Shown here: positions 18,320 to 28,454 of the stretch, piece after piece
Position numbering within the stretch: the stretch's first letter is position 1
Layout of the letters: each line of letters starts with the position of its first letter
NCBI GenBank assembly: GCA_047601445.1
Contig: JASGJH010000001.1
Coordinates: 2,976,001-3,040,000 of the forward strand
Source: Myxococcales bacterium
GTDB taxonomy: Bacteria > Myxococcota_A > Polyangia > Polyangiales > DASUME01
Reading direction: 5' to 3'
DNA: 64,000 bases
Translations under genes and position numbers: made by a program
The notes under the pieces: model-generated
Told to the model about the DNA's origin: nothing
Databases searched by the model: none
The model's input: the letters and a program-made list of their open reading frames with translations, nothing else

Positions 18320-19588
18320 GTGAGCGCGCCGACCACTCGTCACATCTCACGCCTCCTGCGCGAGCTCTCGCCGCAGGTGCTGGGCGCCGTAATGCGCAAG
18401 CATCGCGACTTCGCCGCGGCCGAGGACGCCGTACAGGAAGCCATGGTGGCCGCCGCAACCCAGTGGCCGGGCCAGGGCATCCCCGAGAACCCGCGCGGCT
18501 GGCTGATCCAGGTGGCCTCGCGCCGCATGACCGATCACATCCGCGCCGAGCTCGCGCGCAAGCGGCGTGAGGTGTTCGTGGTCATGCAGGCGCCGGCGGA
18601 CGAACAGCTGGTGCCCGCCGCCGACAGCGACTTGCCCGCGGAGCGGGACGACACCCTGATCCTGCTCTTCATGTGCTGTCACCCGGACCTCACGCGGCCC
18701 TCGGCCATCGCCCTCACGCTGCGCGCCGTCGGCGGCCTCACCACCGCCGAGATCGCCAATGCCTTCTTCGTGCCCGAGGCCACCATGGCCCAGCGCATCA
18801 GCCGCGCGAAGCAGACCATCAACCAGGCCGGTCGCTCCTTCGGGTTGCCGGCAGCCGAGAGCCGCGCGGAGAACCTGAGCGCCGTCTTGCACGTGCTCTA
18901 CCTGATCTTCAACGAAGGCTACACCAGCAGCAGCGGCCCCAACCTCGCGCGCGTGGACCTCTCGGACGAGGCCATCCGCCTCACACGCGAGCTGCACGCG
19001 CAGCTGCCCGAGCCCCCCGAAGTGGCGGGCCTGCTCGCGCTCATGCTGCTCACCGACGCACGCCGTCCCGCTCGCTCGGGCCCCCAGGGTGAGCTCATTC
19101 CGCTCGACGAGCAGGACCGCTCCCTGTGGGACCGGGCGATGATCGAGGAAGGCGTGCAACTGGTCACGCGGGCACTCTCCCGCGGCGCGGTGGGTCCCTA
19201 CCAAATCCAGGCCGCCGTCGCCGCCGTGCACGACGAAGCCAAGGACTCGGCGAGCACCGACTGGAGCGAGATCGTCGCGCTCTACGGTCTCCTGATGCAC
19301 ATGACCGACAACCCCATGGTGAGGCTCAACCACGCGATCGCGGTGGCCATGGTACAGGGCCCTCAGCGCGGACTCGAGCTGATCGCCGAGCTCGACCAGG
19401 ACTCCCGACTTTCCGGCCACTATCGCCTCGACGCCGTGCGCGCCCACCTGTTCGAGATGGCCCATGATCGCGAGCGGGCCATCCGCCACTACCAGGCCGC
19501 CGCAGGACGCACCTCGAGCGTGCCCGAGCGCGACTATCTGATGGCGCGCGCAGCGCGGCTGACCTCCAAGAGCGAAACGCCGAGCTGA
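18320..19588 (+). CDS. ECF sigma factor, ECF42 group (long TPR-like C-terminal extension)
   Basis: AEDAVQEA, LFMCCHP, GLTTAEIANAF..TMAQRISRAK, YLIFNEGY, GPYQIQAA; follows DGPF gene. Confidence 0.9.
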   Translation: MSAPTTRHISRLLRELSPQVLGAVMRKHRDFAAAEDAVQEAMVAAATQWPGQGIPENPRGWLIQVASRRMTDHIRAELARKRREVFVVMQAPADEQLVPAADSDLPAERDDTLILLFMCCHPDLTRPSAIALTLRAVGGLTTAEIANAFFVPEATMAQRISRAKQTINQAGRSFGLPAAESRAENLSAVLHVLYLIFNEGYTSSSGPNLARVDLSDEAIRLTRELHAQLPEPPEVAGLLALMLLTDARRPARSGPQGELIPLDEQDRSLWDRAMIEEGVQLVTRALSRGAVGPYQIQAAVAAVHDEAKDSASTDWSEIVALYGLLMHMTDNPMVRLNHAIAVAMVQGPQRGLELIAELDQDSRLSGHYRLDAVRAHLFEMAHDRERAIRHYQAAAGRTSSVPERDYLMARAARLTSKSETPS

Positions 19589-19735
19589 CCAGCACGCTTG
19601 CGTGGCCGAGCCCACCGAGCCGACGCGGGTAGTGGCTGTGCGTGTGGGAGAGCTGCGCATTGGCTCGCCCAGATGTTGGGGCGCACGCTCAGCAGGACTG
19701 CAAAATTGCGCAAAAGGTGGTGATAACCTCTGCGC

Positions 19736-21274
19736 ATGCGAATCAAGTGGGGAACGTTGGGCTTGCTGCTCATGCTGACCAATGGGTGCGACGGTGACGG
19801 CGGCAAGGGCGGCAAGGCACTGGATGAGTCCGATTCTGGGCAGGGAAGCGACAGCGATGCGGGGGATGGATCGAACCCTGACGGCGGTGGACCGCTCGGC
19901 CCCGACTCCGACAACGACGGCGTGAGTGATGCCGACGAGCTCATTCTGGGCACTGACCCCCACAACCCCGACAGCGACGGGGACGGTCTCAGCGACGGCG
20001 ACGAGCGTGCCCTGGGCAGCAATCCCCTGCAGAGCGACTCCGACGGCGACGGCTTCAGCGATCGCGAAGAAGCCTTCCTCGGCACTGATCCCGACGGCGC
20101 GGGCGGCGGCTGCGCCGAGAGCTCGGCCGAGGCCGTGTCCCACAAGAAGCCCGTGGATATCATTCTGATCGTGGACAACTCGTCGAGCATGGCCGGCGAG
20201 CTCGAAGCGATTCAGCAGCGCATCAACGTGGACTTCGCGGACATCCTGGAGGACGCCAACCTCGACTATCAGCTCATCCTGCTGTCCCGCCACGGCGACG
20301 TGAACACCAATCTACCGGGCGACTGCGACGACCACAGCATCTGCATCGGCACCCCGCTCGCCTCGGGCGCCTGTGCGACCAACGAGGCTCCGAAGATCAC
20401 GGATCACTTCAAGCACTACAGCGTGTGCATCGACAGCCACGACGGCCTCAAGAAGGCGATGGACTCCTTCGACGGCACGGTGAAGAGCGAGTTCTACAAC
20501 GCCTCCAGTCAGTGGGAGGAGACGAGCTACGCCAAGCAAGGCTGGAGCACGTGGCTACGCGCCGGCGCTTCGCGAGCCTTCCTGATGATCACCGACGACG
20601 ACTCCAACACCGACTCTGCGGCCTTCGTGACCTGGATGTACCAGCAAGATCCCATGTACTTCGGCAGCGCTGCACAGCCGAACTGGATCTTCCACAGCAT
20701 CGTGGGCCTGGCCGAGAACGTCCCCGACACCGCCGCCTGGCCGGCCAGCTCGCCGTTGGTGGAGGACCAGTGCTCGCCCGGCTCCGAGGGCAACGGCGAG
20801 GACTACCAAACCCTGAGCATCCAGAGCAAGGGCCTGCGCTTCCCCATCTGCAAGAACGACAACTTCAACGCGCTCTTCAACAGCATCGCGACGTCGGTGT
20901 TGGAGATGGCCAAGCTCAGTTGCACGTTCACACCCAAGAACTCGGGTGCAGGCGACGCCGACTATTCGCGTGCCCTGGTGCTGTACGAGAGCGGGGCCGG
21001 AGCCAAGCAGGTGCTGAATCAGGTCAAGACGCCGGAGGCCTGCATCGACAGCGCCTTCTACGTCACGGGCCAGGAGATCCACCTCTGCCCGACCATCTGC
21101 TCGCAAGTGGAGGGCGATCTGATGGGCAAGCTGCAGACCGTGGTGGCCTGCTTCGACCAGTTGAAGTGCGGCAACGGCGAGCTCGACCCGGGCGAAGCCT
21201 GCGACGACGGCAACCTGGTAGACGGCGACGAGTGCGACTCCGCTTGTCGCCTCGAGGGCACCATCCTGCTCTAG
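19736..21274 (+). CDS. Lipoprotein with DSDxDG Ca-binding repeats, VWA domain and myxobacterial disulfide repeat
   Basis: TNG-C lipobox; three DSDxDGxSD repeats; DIILIVDNSSSM (MIDAS); ITDD; CGNGELDPGEACDDGN. Confidence 0.82.
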   Translation: MRIKWGTLGLLLMLTNGCDGDGGKGGKALDESDSGQGSDSDAGDGSNPDGGGPLGPDSDNDGVSDADELILGTDPHNPDSDGDGLSDGDERALGSNPLQSDSDGDGFSDREEAFLGTDPDGAGGGCAESSAEAVSHKKPVDIILIVDNSSSMAGELEAIQQRINVDFADILEDANLDYQLILLSRHGDVNTNLPGDCDDHSICIGTPLASGACATNEAPKITDHFKHYSVCIDSHDGLKKAMDSFDGTVKSEFYNASSQWEETSYAKQGWSTWLRAGASRAFLMITDDDSNTDSAAFVTWMYQQDPMYFGSAAQPNWIFHSIVGLAENVPDTAAWPASSPLVEDQCSPGSEGNGEDYQTLSIQSKGLRFPICKNDNFNALFNSIATSVLEMAKLSCTFTPKNSGAGDADYSRALVLYESGAGAKQVLNQVKTPEACIDSAFYVTGQEIHLCPTICSQVEGDLMGKLQTVVACFDQLKCGNGELDPGEACDDGNLVDGDECDSACRLEGTILL

Positions 21275-21290
21275 CGTGTCGCTGACGAGG

Positions 21291-22298
21291 TCAGCGCCCG
21301 GTCTTGCGAAACGCTGCTGGCGTAAGCCCGGTCCAACGCCGGAAGGCGCGGTTGAAGTTGGACACGTCCGAGTACCCCACGCGCTCCGCGACTTGATCGA
21401 TGGATAACTTGTCGTCGCGCAGGAGCACGCAGGCCTGACGGTGCTGCCAGGTGTCGGCGATCTCGGAGAAGGTCACGCCCTCGGCCTTCAGCTTGCGGTG
21501 CAAGGTACGCGAGGAGATGCCGAGCGCCGTGGCCACCTCGTCGGCGCTGCGCACGCCTCCACCCGCACGGGGCAAGACTTCACGCACGCGCGCCTCGAGC
21601 CCTGCGCGATCGAGTGCCTCGAGCTCTCGCTCGCACTGCTCCTGCGCGAGCTGCGACGCGGTCGGCTCGGCCAACACCAAGCGGAGGTCCAGGTAACTGC
21701 GCTGAAAGCGCAAGCAGTTGGCCGGCTTGCCATACTGCGCGGTCACCGGCGAACCCACCACCTGGGGGGCGAAGCTCGGCTCGGGGAACGCGAACTCGGC
21801 GGTGCCCACCAGCTGCTTGCCGGTGAGGCTCTCCCCCATACGCCACATGCCGACCGCCAACGCGAAGAGCACGGTAAGCCGGGCCGCCCCGAGATCGCAG
21901 CGCTCCTCGATGTAGAAGGCGGCGTCGCTCTCGCGTTCCTCCAGGCGAAAGGCCAGCGCCGTGGTTCGCGTGGGCGCGTAGCGCACCGCCAGGTCGATGG
22001 CGTGCCGCACCGTGGGCGCCGTCATGGCCGCAAAGCCGAGGTAACCGTGAGCCGGGACCCGCATGCGGAAGCCCAGCATGATGCCGAGCCCGGGTTGGCC
22101 GGTGAGCTCGATGGCACGCGCCACCAGCCGTTCGCCCACGGCCAGCGAGATGCGCGCGTCGGGCTGCTGCAAAGCGGGCCTCGAGAGGCCCATGCCATCG
22201 AACAGGCGATCCTCTGAAATTCCGAGTAACTTCACCACTTTGGCGAGATCCATTGCGTGGCTCGCGGGGACGCTGTGGGCGGAGGGGGGGACGGCCAT
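21291..22298 (-). CDS. AraC-family regulator
   Basis: GYLGFAAMTAPT; SRTLHRKL..G; GYSDVSNFNRAFRRWTG. Confidence 0.9.
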   Translation of the reverse strand: MAVPPSAHSVPASHAMDLAKVVKLLGISEDRLFDGMGLSRPALQQPDARISLAVGERLVARAIELTGQPGLGIMLGFRMRVPAHGYLGFAAMTAPTVRHAIDLAVRYAPTRTTALAFRLEERESDAAFYIEERCDLGAARLTVLFALAVGMWRMGESLTGKQLVGTAEFAFPEPSFAPQVVGSPVTAQYGKPANCLRFQRSYLDLRLVLAEPTASQLAQEQCERELEALDRAGLEARVREVLPRAGGGVRSADEVATALGISSRTLHRKLKAEGVTFSEIADTWQHRQACVLLRDDKLSIDQVAERVGYSDVSNFNRAFRRWTGLTPAAFRKTGR

Positions 22299-22368
22299 GG
22301 CAGGAACTCACCAATCCATGGCACGCCGCGACCTAACGCGACAAGTGGCGATCGGGCATGAACAACAC

Positions 22369-23241
22369 ATGGAAAACCGAAGCGAGCACTCCATCGAAGT
22401 ACGAAACCTGCGCTTCCCCCTCAGCCCCTCCATCCCGCGCTACTGGCTCGGCGGCAACCGGGTGATGAGTTTGTTCCTGGACCATCTGTCCATCGTGTTC
22501 CCACCAGGGGAGCGCTTCTTCATGCAGAGCGTGCGCGCCTACGAGAGCAAGGTACAGGAGCCGGAGCTCAAGGAGGCCATGCGCGCCTTCCACGCCCAGG
22601 AGGCCCTGCACGGACGCGAGCACGCCAGCTACAACGAGCTCCTCGTGAGCCGTGGCTACCCCGTGGCCGCCATCGATCGCAGCGCGAAACGCATCCTTGG
22701 CGTGGCCGAGAAGGTCCTCCCCAAGAGCTGGCAGCTCGCCGTCACCGCGGCCCTCGAGCACTTCACGGCAATGCTCGCGCAGTTTCTGCTCGCGACCAAC
22801 TCGGTGCTACGAGGCGCGCCCCCCGAGATGGCGGCCATGTGGCGCTGGCACGCGGCCGAGGAGAACGAGCACAGCGCAGTGGCCTTCGACGTGTACCGCG
22901 CCATCGGCGGCCGCTACTTGCCGCGCGTGCTGGTGATGCTCGGCACCACGATGTTCTTCTGGATCAAGATGATGGAGCACCAGGTGCGCATGATGCACGC
23001 CGATGGTTGCCTGTTCTCCGGCAAGGAGTGGCTCGCCTTGGGTCGCTTCGCGTTCAAGGAGCCCGGCGTGTTCCCACTGTTGTGGCGCGCCTATTTCGCC
23101 TATTTCAGGCCCAGCTTCCATCCGCACCAGCTCGACTGCTCGCATCTACTCGAAGAGTGGAAAGACGAGTTCCGGCACAGCCCGGTGTACCGAGAGAGCC
23201 TGTTCGTCCCTGGCAAGCGCGCCGCCGTTGCAGCGAGTTAG
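22369..23241 (+). CDS. Predicted metal-dependent hydrolase family protein
   Basis: FPPGERFF, QEALHGREH, ALEHFTA, WHAAEENEH..VAFD, YFRPSFHP. Confidence 0.88.
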   Translation: MENRSEHSIEVRNLRFPLSPSIPRYWLGGNRVMSLFLDHLSIVFPPGERFFMQSVRAYESKVQEPELKEAMRAFHAQEALHGREHASYNELLVSRGYPVAAIDRSAKRILGVAEKVLPKSWQLAVTAALEHFTAMLAQFLLATNSVLRGAPPEMAAMWRWHAAEENEHSAVAFDVYRAIGGRYLPRVLVMLGTTMFFWIKMMEHQVRMMHADGCLFSGKEWLALGRFAFKEPGVFPLLWRAYFAYFRPSFHPHQLDCSHLLEEWKDEFRHSPVYRESLFVPGKRAAVAAS

Positions 23242-23247
23242 CGGCCC

Positions 23248-24024
23248 TCACCAGCTGATCGCCTTGCCATCCCGAAAGAAGCCGCCCTTGGGGCCGCTTG
23301 GCGGCAAGCTCGCCGCCCATACGATGCCGCGCGCGCCCTGCTCCACGGAGCGTGGCGCCGAGGCGCCTCCCATGCGCGTCTGCACCCACCCCGGGCACAC
23401 CGCGTTCACGTGCACGTCACCGCCAGCGAGCTCACCGCTCAGCACGCGCACGAAGCCGTTCACGAGCCCCTTGGACACGCTGTACACGTTGCGCGGGAAG
23501 CCGAGCCGCGCGAAGCCGTCCTTTGCGACGGCGCGCACGCATTCCTCGGCCAGCCCGTCGAGGTCGGCCCGACGCAGACCGGGATCGGTGAGCCGCTCGT
23601 GGGCGGGCGGGGCAAAGCCCGAGAGTTCCCCCATGCCGCTGGACACCATCACCACGTTGGCGCTCGGCGCGAGGTGCGGCAAGAGGGCGTCGGTCACGCG
23701 CACCACACCGTAGTAGTTCACGTCGATGGTGTCGCGGGCGATGGCGTCGCTGATGCCCCGGTGCATGGCCGCTGCGTTGTTGATCAGCGCGCTCAAGAGA
23801 ATGCCCTCCTTTACCAGCAGCTCCACCAACCAGCCCACACTGTCTTCGCGCGTGACGTCGAGCTCCACGCTGCGCACGTTGGAACGCCCCAGGCTGCGCG
23901 CCGCCTCACGCCCCGCCTGAACGTCGCGCGCCGCCAGCAGGACCTGATAGTCGCGCAGCGCGAGCTGGCGGCAGGTCTCGAGTCCGAGTCCACGGTTGGC
24001 GCCAGTCACCAGTACGTAGTCCAT
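23248..24024 (-). CDS. Short-chain dehydrogenase/carbonyl reductase
   Basis: TGANRGLG, LINNA, YSVSK, CPGWVQTRMGG. Confidence 0.9.
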   Translation of the reverse strand: MDYVLVTGANRGLGLETCRQLALRDYQVLLAARDVQAGREAARSLGRSNVRSVELDVTREDSVGWLVELLVKEGILLSALINNAAAMHRGISDAIARDTIDVNYYGVVRVTDALLPHLAPSANVVMVSSGMGELSGFAPPAHERLTDPGLRRADLDGLAEECVRAVAKDGFARLGFPRNVYSVSKGLVNGFVRVLSGELAGGDVHVNAVCPGWVQTRMGGASAPRSVEQGARGIVWAASLPPSGPKGGFFRDGKAISW

Positions 24025-24225
24025 CATCCAAGCCTACCAAGTCCGCTGAATCCGTTCGTTCACAACATGACTCGGTTGTCATAGGGCCTCGGCAAACCAG
24101 CGCTCCCCCGCGCCAGAAACCGCTAATTTCGCGCGTTTTACGGCGTGGCCCCGTTCTTGCTTTTGCCCCTCGAACGCGAACGTCACCGTCGGACCTGGCC
24201 GCGCCGTGGCCGGGATGAGCGAGGT

Positions 24226-24999
24226 ATGCGCATGAACGTAGGCAGAGTCAGGCTTCTCTTGATCTTGGGGCTCATGGCTTGTGAAGAGACCGACCCCGAT
24301 ATCACGCGCGAACGGGGAGACCTCGGGCGCGGCAAGTTTATTTACGAGTGCCTCGGAGAGACCGACGCAGCCTGCGACGACGGCCGCAGCGCCCAGTTCC
24401 CGCAAGCTATCGCCGTGAACTCCAAGTTCGGCATGCGCTTCGCCATCGATTCGGGATCCACGCCCTCGGTGATCCCGGGAGCATCCACCTTCGTGCAATC
24501 CGTGGTCGGTGGCTACAAGGCCCTGCGCGCGGGAGAGCTCGCGCTGTTGGCCGTCAACGGCAACCGCGAGGTCATCGACATCAAGCACGTGCGCAGCGCG
24601 GCGGTGGCTGAAGTGCGAGTCCAGCGTGGTAGCGCCCTGCCCGAACCCGATCTCGAGCTCGGCACCGACCAGGGCGTGGAGCTGCGCGCCGTCCCGTTCG
24701 ACTCGCTCGGCGTCCCCTTGGCGGGCGCACTCGATTACACCTGGACCTCGCGCGATCCGGCGATGGTACGCGTGGAGACCTTACCGGAGCTGAATCGCAT
24801 CCGCGTGCGCGCGCTGCGCGCCGGGGACACCACGCTCGACGTGATGGTGGGCGACCGGCAGCTCTCGCTCGAAGTCCATGCCAGCGGTCCCACCGTGCAT
24901 GAGGACGCTGGCCTGTCCGAGCGCGACGGCGGCGAGGACGCCGGCCAAGAGCAAGACGCGGGAAGCGACGCTGGAGAGACCGACGGAGGCACGACATGA
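24226..24999 (+). CDS. Lipoprotein with Ig-like domains and acidic DAG-repeat tail
   Basis: LMA-C lipobox; YTWTSRDP..V..RALRAGDTTL; EDAG/DAG tail. Confidence 0.65.
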   Translation: MRMNVGRVRLLLILGLMACEETDPDITRERGDLGRGKFIYECLGETDAACDDGRSAQFPQAIAVNSKFGMRFAIDSGSTPSVIPGASTFVQSVVGGYKALRAGELALLAVNGNREVIDIKHVRSAAVAEVRVQRGSALPEPDLELGTDQGVELRAVPFDSLGVPLAGALDYTWTSRDPAMVRVETLPELNRIRVRALRAGDTTLDVMVGDRQLSLEVHASGPTVHEDAGLSERDGGEDAGQEQDAGSDAGETDGGTT

Positions 25000-25388
25000 A
25001 TCGACGACTGGCTCCCCTTTTTCTCGCCCTCGCGCTGCTGTCGGCCTGTGCCGAAGATCGCGCGGTCTACTCGGGCATGCAGTTCGACGTGCAGTCGGCT
25101 CCCGCCTCTCCGGCCAGCTTCGAACCGGACCGCATCGAGCTGGTGGCGGGCGAAGCCGTGAAAGTGCTCGCCAGGCCCCGCTCGAGCGGCGAAATCGACT
25201 ACGACGATACCGACATCCTCGTGTTGCGCTCGGGCGATCCGAACGTGCTCGAGGTCTACTACACCGAAGACGAGCGTGAGTTCGTGCTGGTGGGCAGCGA
25301 AGCCGGCCAGACGTGCCTCGAGGTCCTGATCAATCGCCACCGCGAGGAGTGCATCCCGGTGCGCGTGCTGGCCCCGGTGACCGAGTAG
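24996..25388 (+). CDS. Small Ig-like lipoprotein
   Basis: LSA-C lipobox; SGDPNVLEV..FVLVG..GQT; ATGA overlap with upstream gene. Confidence 0.7.
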   Translation: MNRRLAPLFLALALLSACAEDRAVYSGMQFDVQSAPASPASFEPDRIELVAGEAVKVLARPRSSGEIDYDDTDILVLRSGDPNVLEVYYTEDEREFVLVGSEAGQTCLEVLINRHREECIPVRVLAPVTE

Positions 25389-25433
25389 CGGATGGCCTCG
25401 AAAGAGGGGGCCCCGACCGCGACGCGGCTCCCT

Positions 25434-25688
25434 CTAACCTACGCTGGCCAGTCTACGGATGTGCTCCACCAGCTCGGGCGTCAGCAGGTACTCGTCGCCC
25501 GACACCGTGCGTAGCTGCCACTCGTCGATCACCTCGCGTACCCGGTGCTTGGGCAGCTCCGTGCGCGCCACCAGCCCCTTGAACGTAATGGCCGGCGCGC
25601 GCGGGTCGTCGATCAGGTCAACGACCGCGCGGGCGACCAAGCGCTCCATTTCGTAGATATCGAGCTGTTCGTGGTCCCGACGTGGCAT
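25434..25688 (-). CDS. Small hypothetical protein, possible winged helix
   Basis: 84 aa with protein-like composition; ITFKGLVARTELPKHRVREVI resembles an HTH. Confidence 0.5.
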   Translation of the reverse strand: MPRRDHEQLDIYEMERLVARAVVDLIDDPRAPAITFKGLVARTELPKHRVREVIDEWQLRTVSGDEYLLTPELVEHIRRLASVG

Positions 25689-25846
25689 GTCCGTGCGCAC
25701 CTTGGCGGACAGCGCTCGGGCGCGCAAATCCCCGACGCTCAGGCCCAGGGGTTGACCGTGCGATACCCAGCTTTGACCGGACCCCTCGCGGTGGTTGTCG
25801 GGCCGCGCGAAAGCGACGCACACTGGGGCCGTCGGAGGTTCAGACG

Positions 25847-26695
25847 ATGCTTCAGGCCGCTCAGTTTCCAGGCCGGGACCGCAAACTCACGGTACGCCCC
25901 TTGCGACTCGAGATTGCGCCGGACACACCGCGCTACTGGATGGGCGCCAACGCCTGGGAGACCCATCTGCTGAACGCGCTGTCCCTCACCTTCCCGCCGG
26001 GTGAGCGCTTCTTCATGCGCTCGGTGCGCGCCTTGCGTGAGCGTGCCAAGGACCCAGACCTGCTCGAGCAGATCAAAGGCTTCCTCGCCCAGGAGTCGCT
26101 GCACAGCCGCGAGCACAGCGTGCTCAACACATGGCTAGGCAAGCTCGGCTTGCCCGCCGAGGTCATCGACAAGCGCGTGGAGGCCCGCATCGCCGAGCGT
26201 AGCGGCAAGCGCAGCGAGCTCGACAACCTCGCCGTCACCTGCGCCCTCGAGCACTTCACGGCCATGCTGGCCAAGCTCCTGCTCACCGACCCCACGCTGC
26301 GCGCGCGCTTCCACCCCAACATGCTGCCGCTCTGGTACTGGCACGCCATCGAGGAGCTCGATCACAAGGCGGTGGCCTTCGACGTGTACCTCGCGGCCGA
26401 CGGTGACTATCGCCGCCGTGTGCTCGCGATGGTGGCCATGACCATCGGGCTCATCACGAGCACCATGGTCATCCAATACCACCTCATGCGCGCGGACAAG
26501 CAGCCCATCCGGCTCGGCACCTGGCTGCGAGGTGCCCTGCGCTACCTCGGTCCCAAGGGCCACGTCACCGCGGTGATCCCGGATTACCTGCGCTACTACC
26601 GGCGCGACTTCCATCCCTGGCAGGAAGACGATCGCGCCTTGATCGCCGAGGCCGAGCGCGAGCTGCGTCTGATGCTCGAGGGTTATGACGCGTAA
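25847..26695 (+). CDS. Predicted metal-dependent hydrolase family protein (second paralog)
   Basis: FPPGERFF, QESLHSREH, ALEHFTA, WHAIEELDHKAVAFD, FHPW. Confidence 0.88.
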   Translation: MLQAAQFPGRDRKLTVRPLRLEIAPDTPRYWMGANAWETHLLNALSLTFPPGERFFMRSVRALRERAKDPDLLEQIKGFLAQESLHSREHSVLNTWLGKLGLPAEVIDKRVEARIAERSGKRSELDNLAVTCALEHFTAMLAKLLLTDPTLRARFHPNMLPLWYWHAIEELDHKAVAFDVYLAADGDYRRRVLAMVAMTIGLITSTMVIQYHLMRADKQPIRLGTWLRGALRYLGPKGHVTAVIPDYLRYYRRDFHPWQEDDRALIAEAERELRLMLEGYDA

Positions 26696-28217
26696 TCTGC
26701 CCAACGCTCTGCGCAGCGCACCCGCGCTTCAGGGCGCACTCGAGCCTGACCATGAAGTGGTGATCGTGGGCGCCGGCTTCGGCGGCATGGGCATCGCCAT
26801 TCAACTCGGCCGCATGGGCATCCGCGATGTGCTCATCCTCGAGCGCTCGGACGACCTCGGCGGCACCTGGCACCTCAACCACTATCCCGGCCTCCAAGTC
26901 GACATCTCGTCGCTGGCCTACTCCTACTCGTTCGAGCCCAATCCCTACTGGTCCAAGCTGTTCGCCACGGGCGCAGAGCTCAAGGCCTATACCCAGCACG
27001 TCGCCACCAAGTACGACCTGCGCCGGCTCATGCGCTTCAACGCAAGCGTGGAGCAGGTGGCGTACGACGAGCACAACGCGCTCTGGACCGTGCACATCGA
27101 GGGCCAAGCCTCCGTCACCGCGCGCGTACTGGTGCTGGCCACGGGTTATCTCTCGCGGCCCAAGAAACCTGACATCGCGGGCATCGACGACTTCGCCGGC
27201 AAGGTGATCCACACCGCCGCCTACGATCACAGCTACGACATGCGTGGCAAGCGCGTGTCCGTGATCGGCACAGGCGCCACCGCCGTGCAGCTGTTGCCGG
27301 AGATCGCCCCGCTGGTCTCACAGCTGCACGTCTATCAGCGCACCGCCATCTGGGTCACGCCTCGGCGCAATCCACCCATCCCGCCTCACGTGCAGGAGCT
27401 CTTCGCGCGCTTTCCCATCACGCAGCGCGCCGCGCGCCTCGCCTTCACCACGCGCCTCGAGGTGATGGCCCTGGCGGGCTTGCTCTACAACCAGGATTTG
27501 CCCTTCCTCACGGAGAGCGTCGAAAACCTGTGTCGCTCCTACCTCGAGCGCAGCATTCCCGATCCCGAGCTGCGCCGAAAGCTCACGCCGAACTACCCGT
27601 TCGGTTGCAAGCGCCCCACCTTCTCGAACCGCTACTACCCGGTCTTCAATCGAGCCAACGTGGAGCTCGTCACCGATCCCATCGACCACATCGAGCGCGA
27701 CGGCATCGTCACGCGCGACGGTCAGAAGCGCAGCATCGACGCGCTCGTGCTAGCCACCGGCTTTCGCGTGTGGGAGCGCGACACGTTCCATTCCATCATG
27801 GGCAAGCGCGGGGTGGAGCTGCGCGATGCCTGGGAGCGCTCGCGCTACGAGTCCTACGAAGGGCTGAGCGTGCCGGGCTTCCCCAATCTCTTCTATCTGC
27901 CGGGCCCCTACTCCTACACGGGCCTGTCCTACTTCTTCACCATCGAGAGCCAAATGAAGCACGTGGGCCGCGTGCTCGGCGCGATGCGCAAGCGCAAGGC
28001 GAGGAGCTTCGAGGTCACGGAAGACGCGAAGGAGCGCTTCATGCGCGGCGTCCAAAAGGACTTCGGGCACTCCGTGTTCGTGGAAGGGCACTGCGCCAAC
28101 GCCAACAGCTACTACTTCGACCGCCACGGCGCGCCCTCGCTGATTCGGCCGACCTCGACCCTGCGCGCCTTCCTCCGCCAGGCGACCTTCCCGCTCAGCG
28201 ACTACCGCTTCGACTGA
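26685..28217 (+). CDS. Flavin-containing (Baeyer-Villiger-type) monooxygenase
   Basis: GAGFGG, GGTW..N.YPG, FAGKVIHTAAYD, GTGATA, GCKR, ATGF. Confidence 0.9.
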   Translation: MTRNLPNALRSAPALQGALEPDHEVVIVGAGFGGMGIAIQLGRMGIRDVLILERSDDLGGTWHLNHYPGLQVDISSLAYSYSFEPNPYWSKLFATGAELKAYTQHVATKYDLRRLMRFNASVEQVAYDEHNALWTVHIEGQASVTARVLVLATGYLSRPKKPDIAGIDDFAGKVIHTAAYDHSYDMRGKRVSVIGTGATAVQLLPEIAPLVSQLHVYQRTAIWVTPRRNPPIPPHVQELFARFPITQRAARLAFTTRLEVMALAGLLYNQDLPFLTESVENLCRSYLERSIPDPELRRKLTPNYPFGCKRPTFSNRYYPVFNRANVELVTDPIDHIERDGIVTRDGQKRSIDALVLATGFRVWERDTFHSIMGKRGVELRDAWERSRYESYEGLSVPGFPNLFYLPGPYSYTGLSYFFTIESQMKHVGRVLGAMRKRKARSFEVTEDAKERFMRGVQKDFGHSVFVEGHCANANSYYFDRHGAPSLIRPTSTLRAFLRQATFPLSDYRFD

Positions 28218-28454
28218 CCTGACAACGAATGTTGTCTGGATGACCTGACAGGTGGTCCAACCATTCGGAAAGATTCGGGATTAGTAGCCACTCTGACGCG
28301 GATCTGGAGCCGTTAGGGCCAGAGTTATGACCTTCTGGTCCAGCGAGTGATTGCATCGACCGCGGCCGCCCATTCCCAGGTATTGCTGTCACCCAGGTCT
28401 ACCCGCACGTACATGCGGCCCCGACTTAGTGCTCCCTTGCTTGAGGTAACCACG

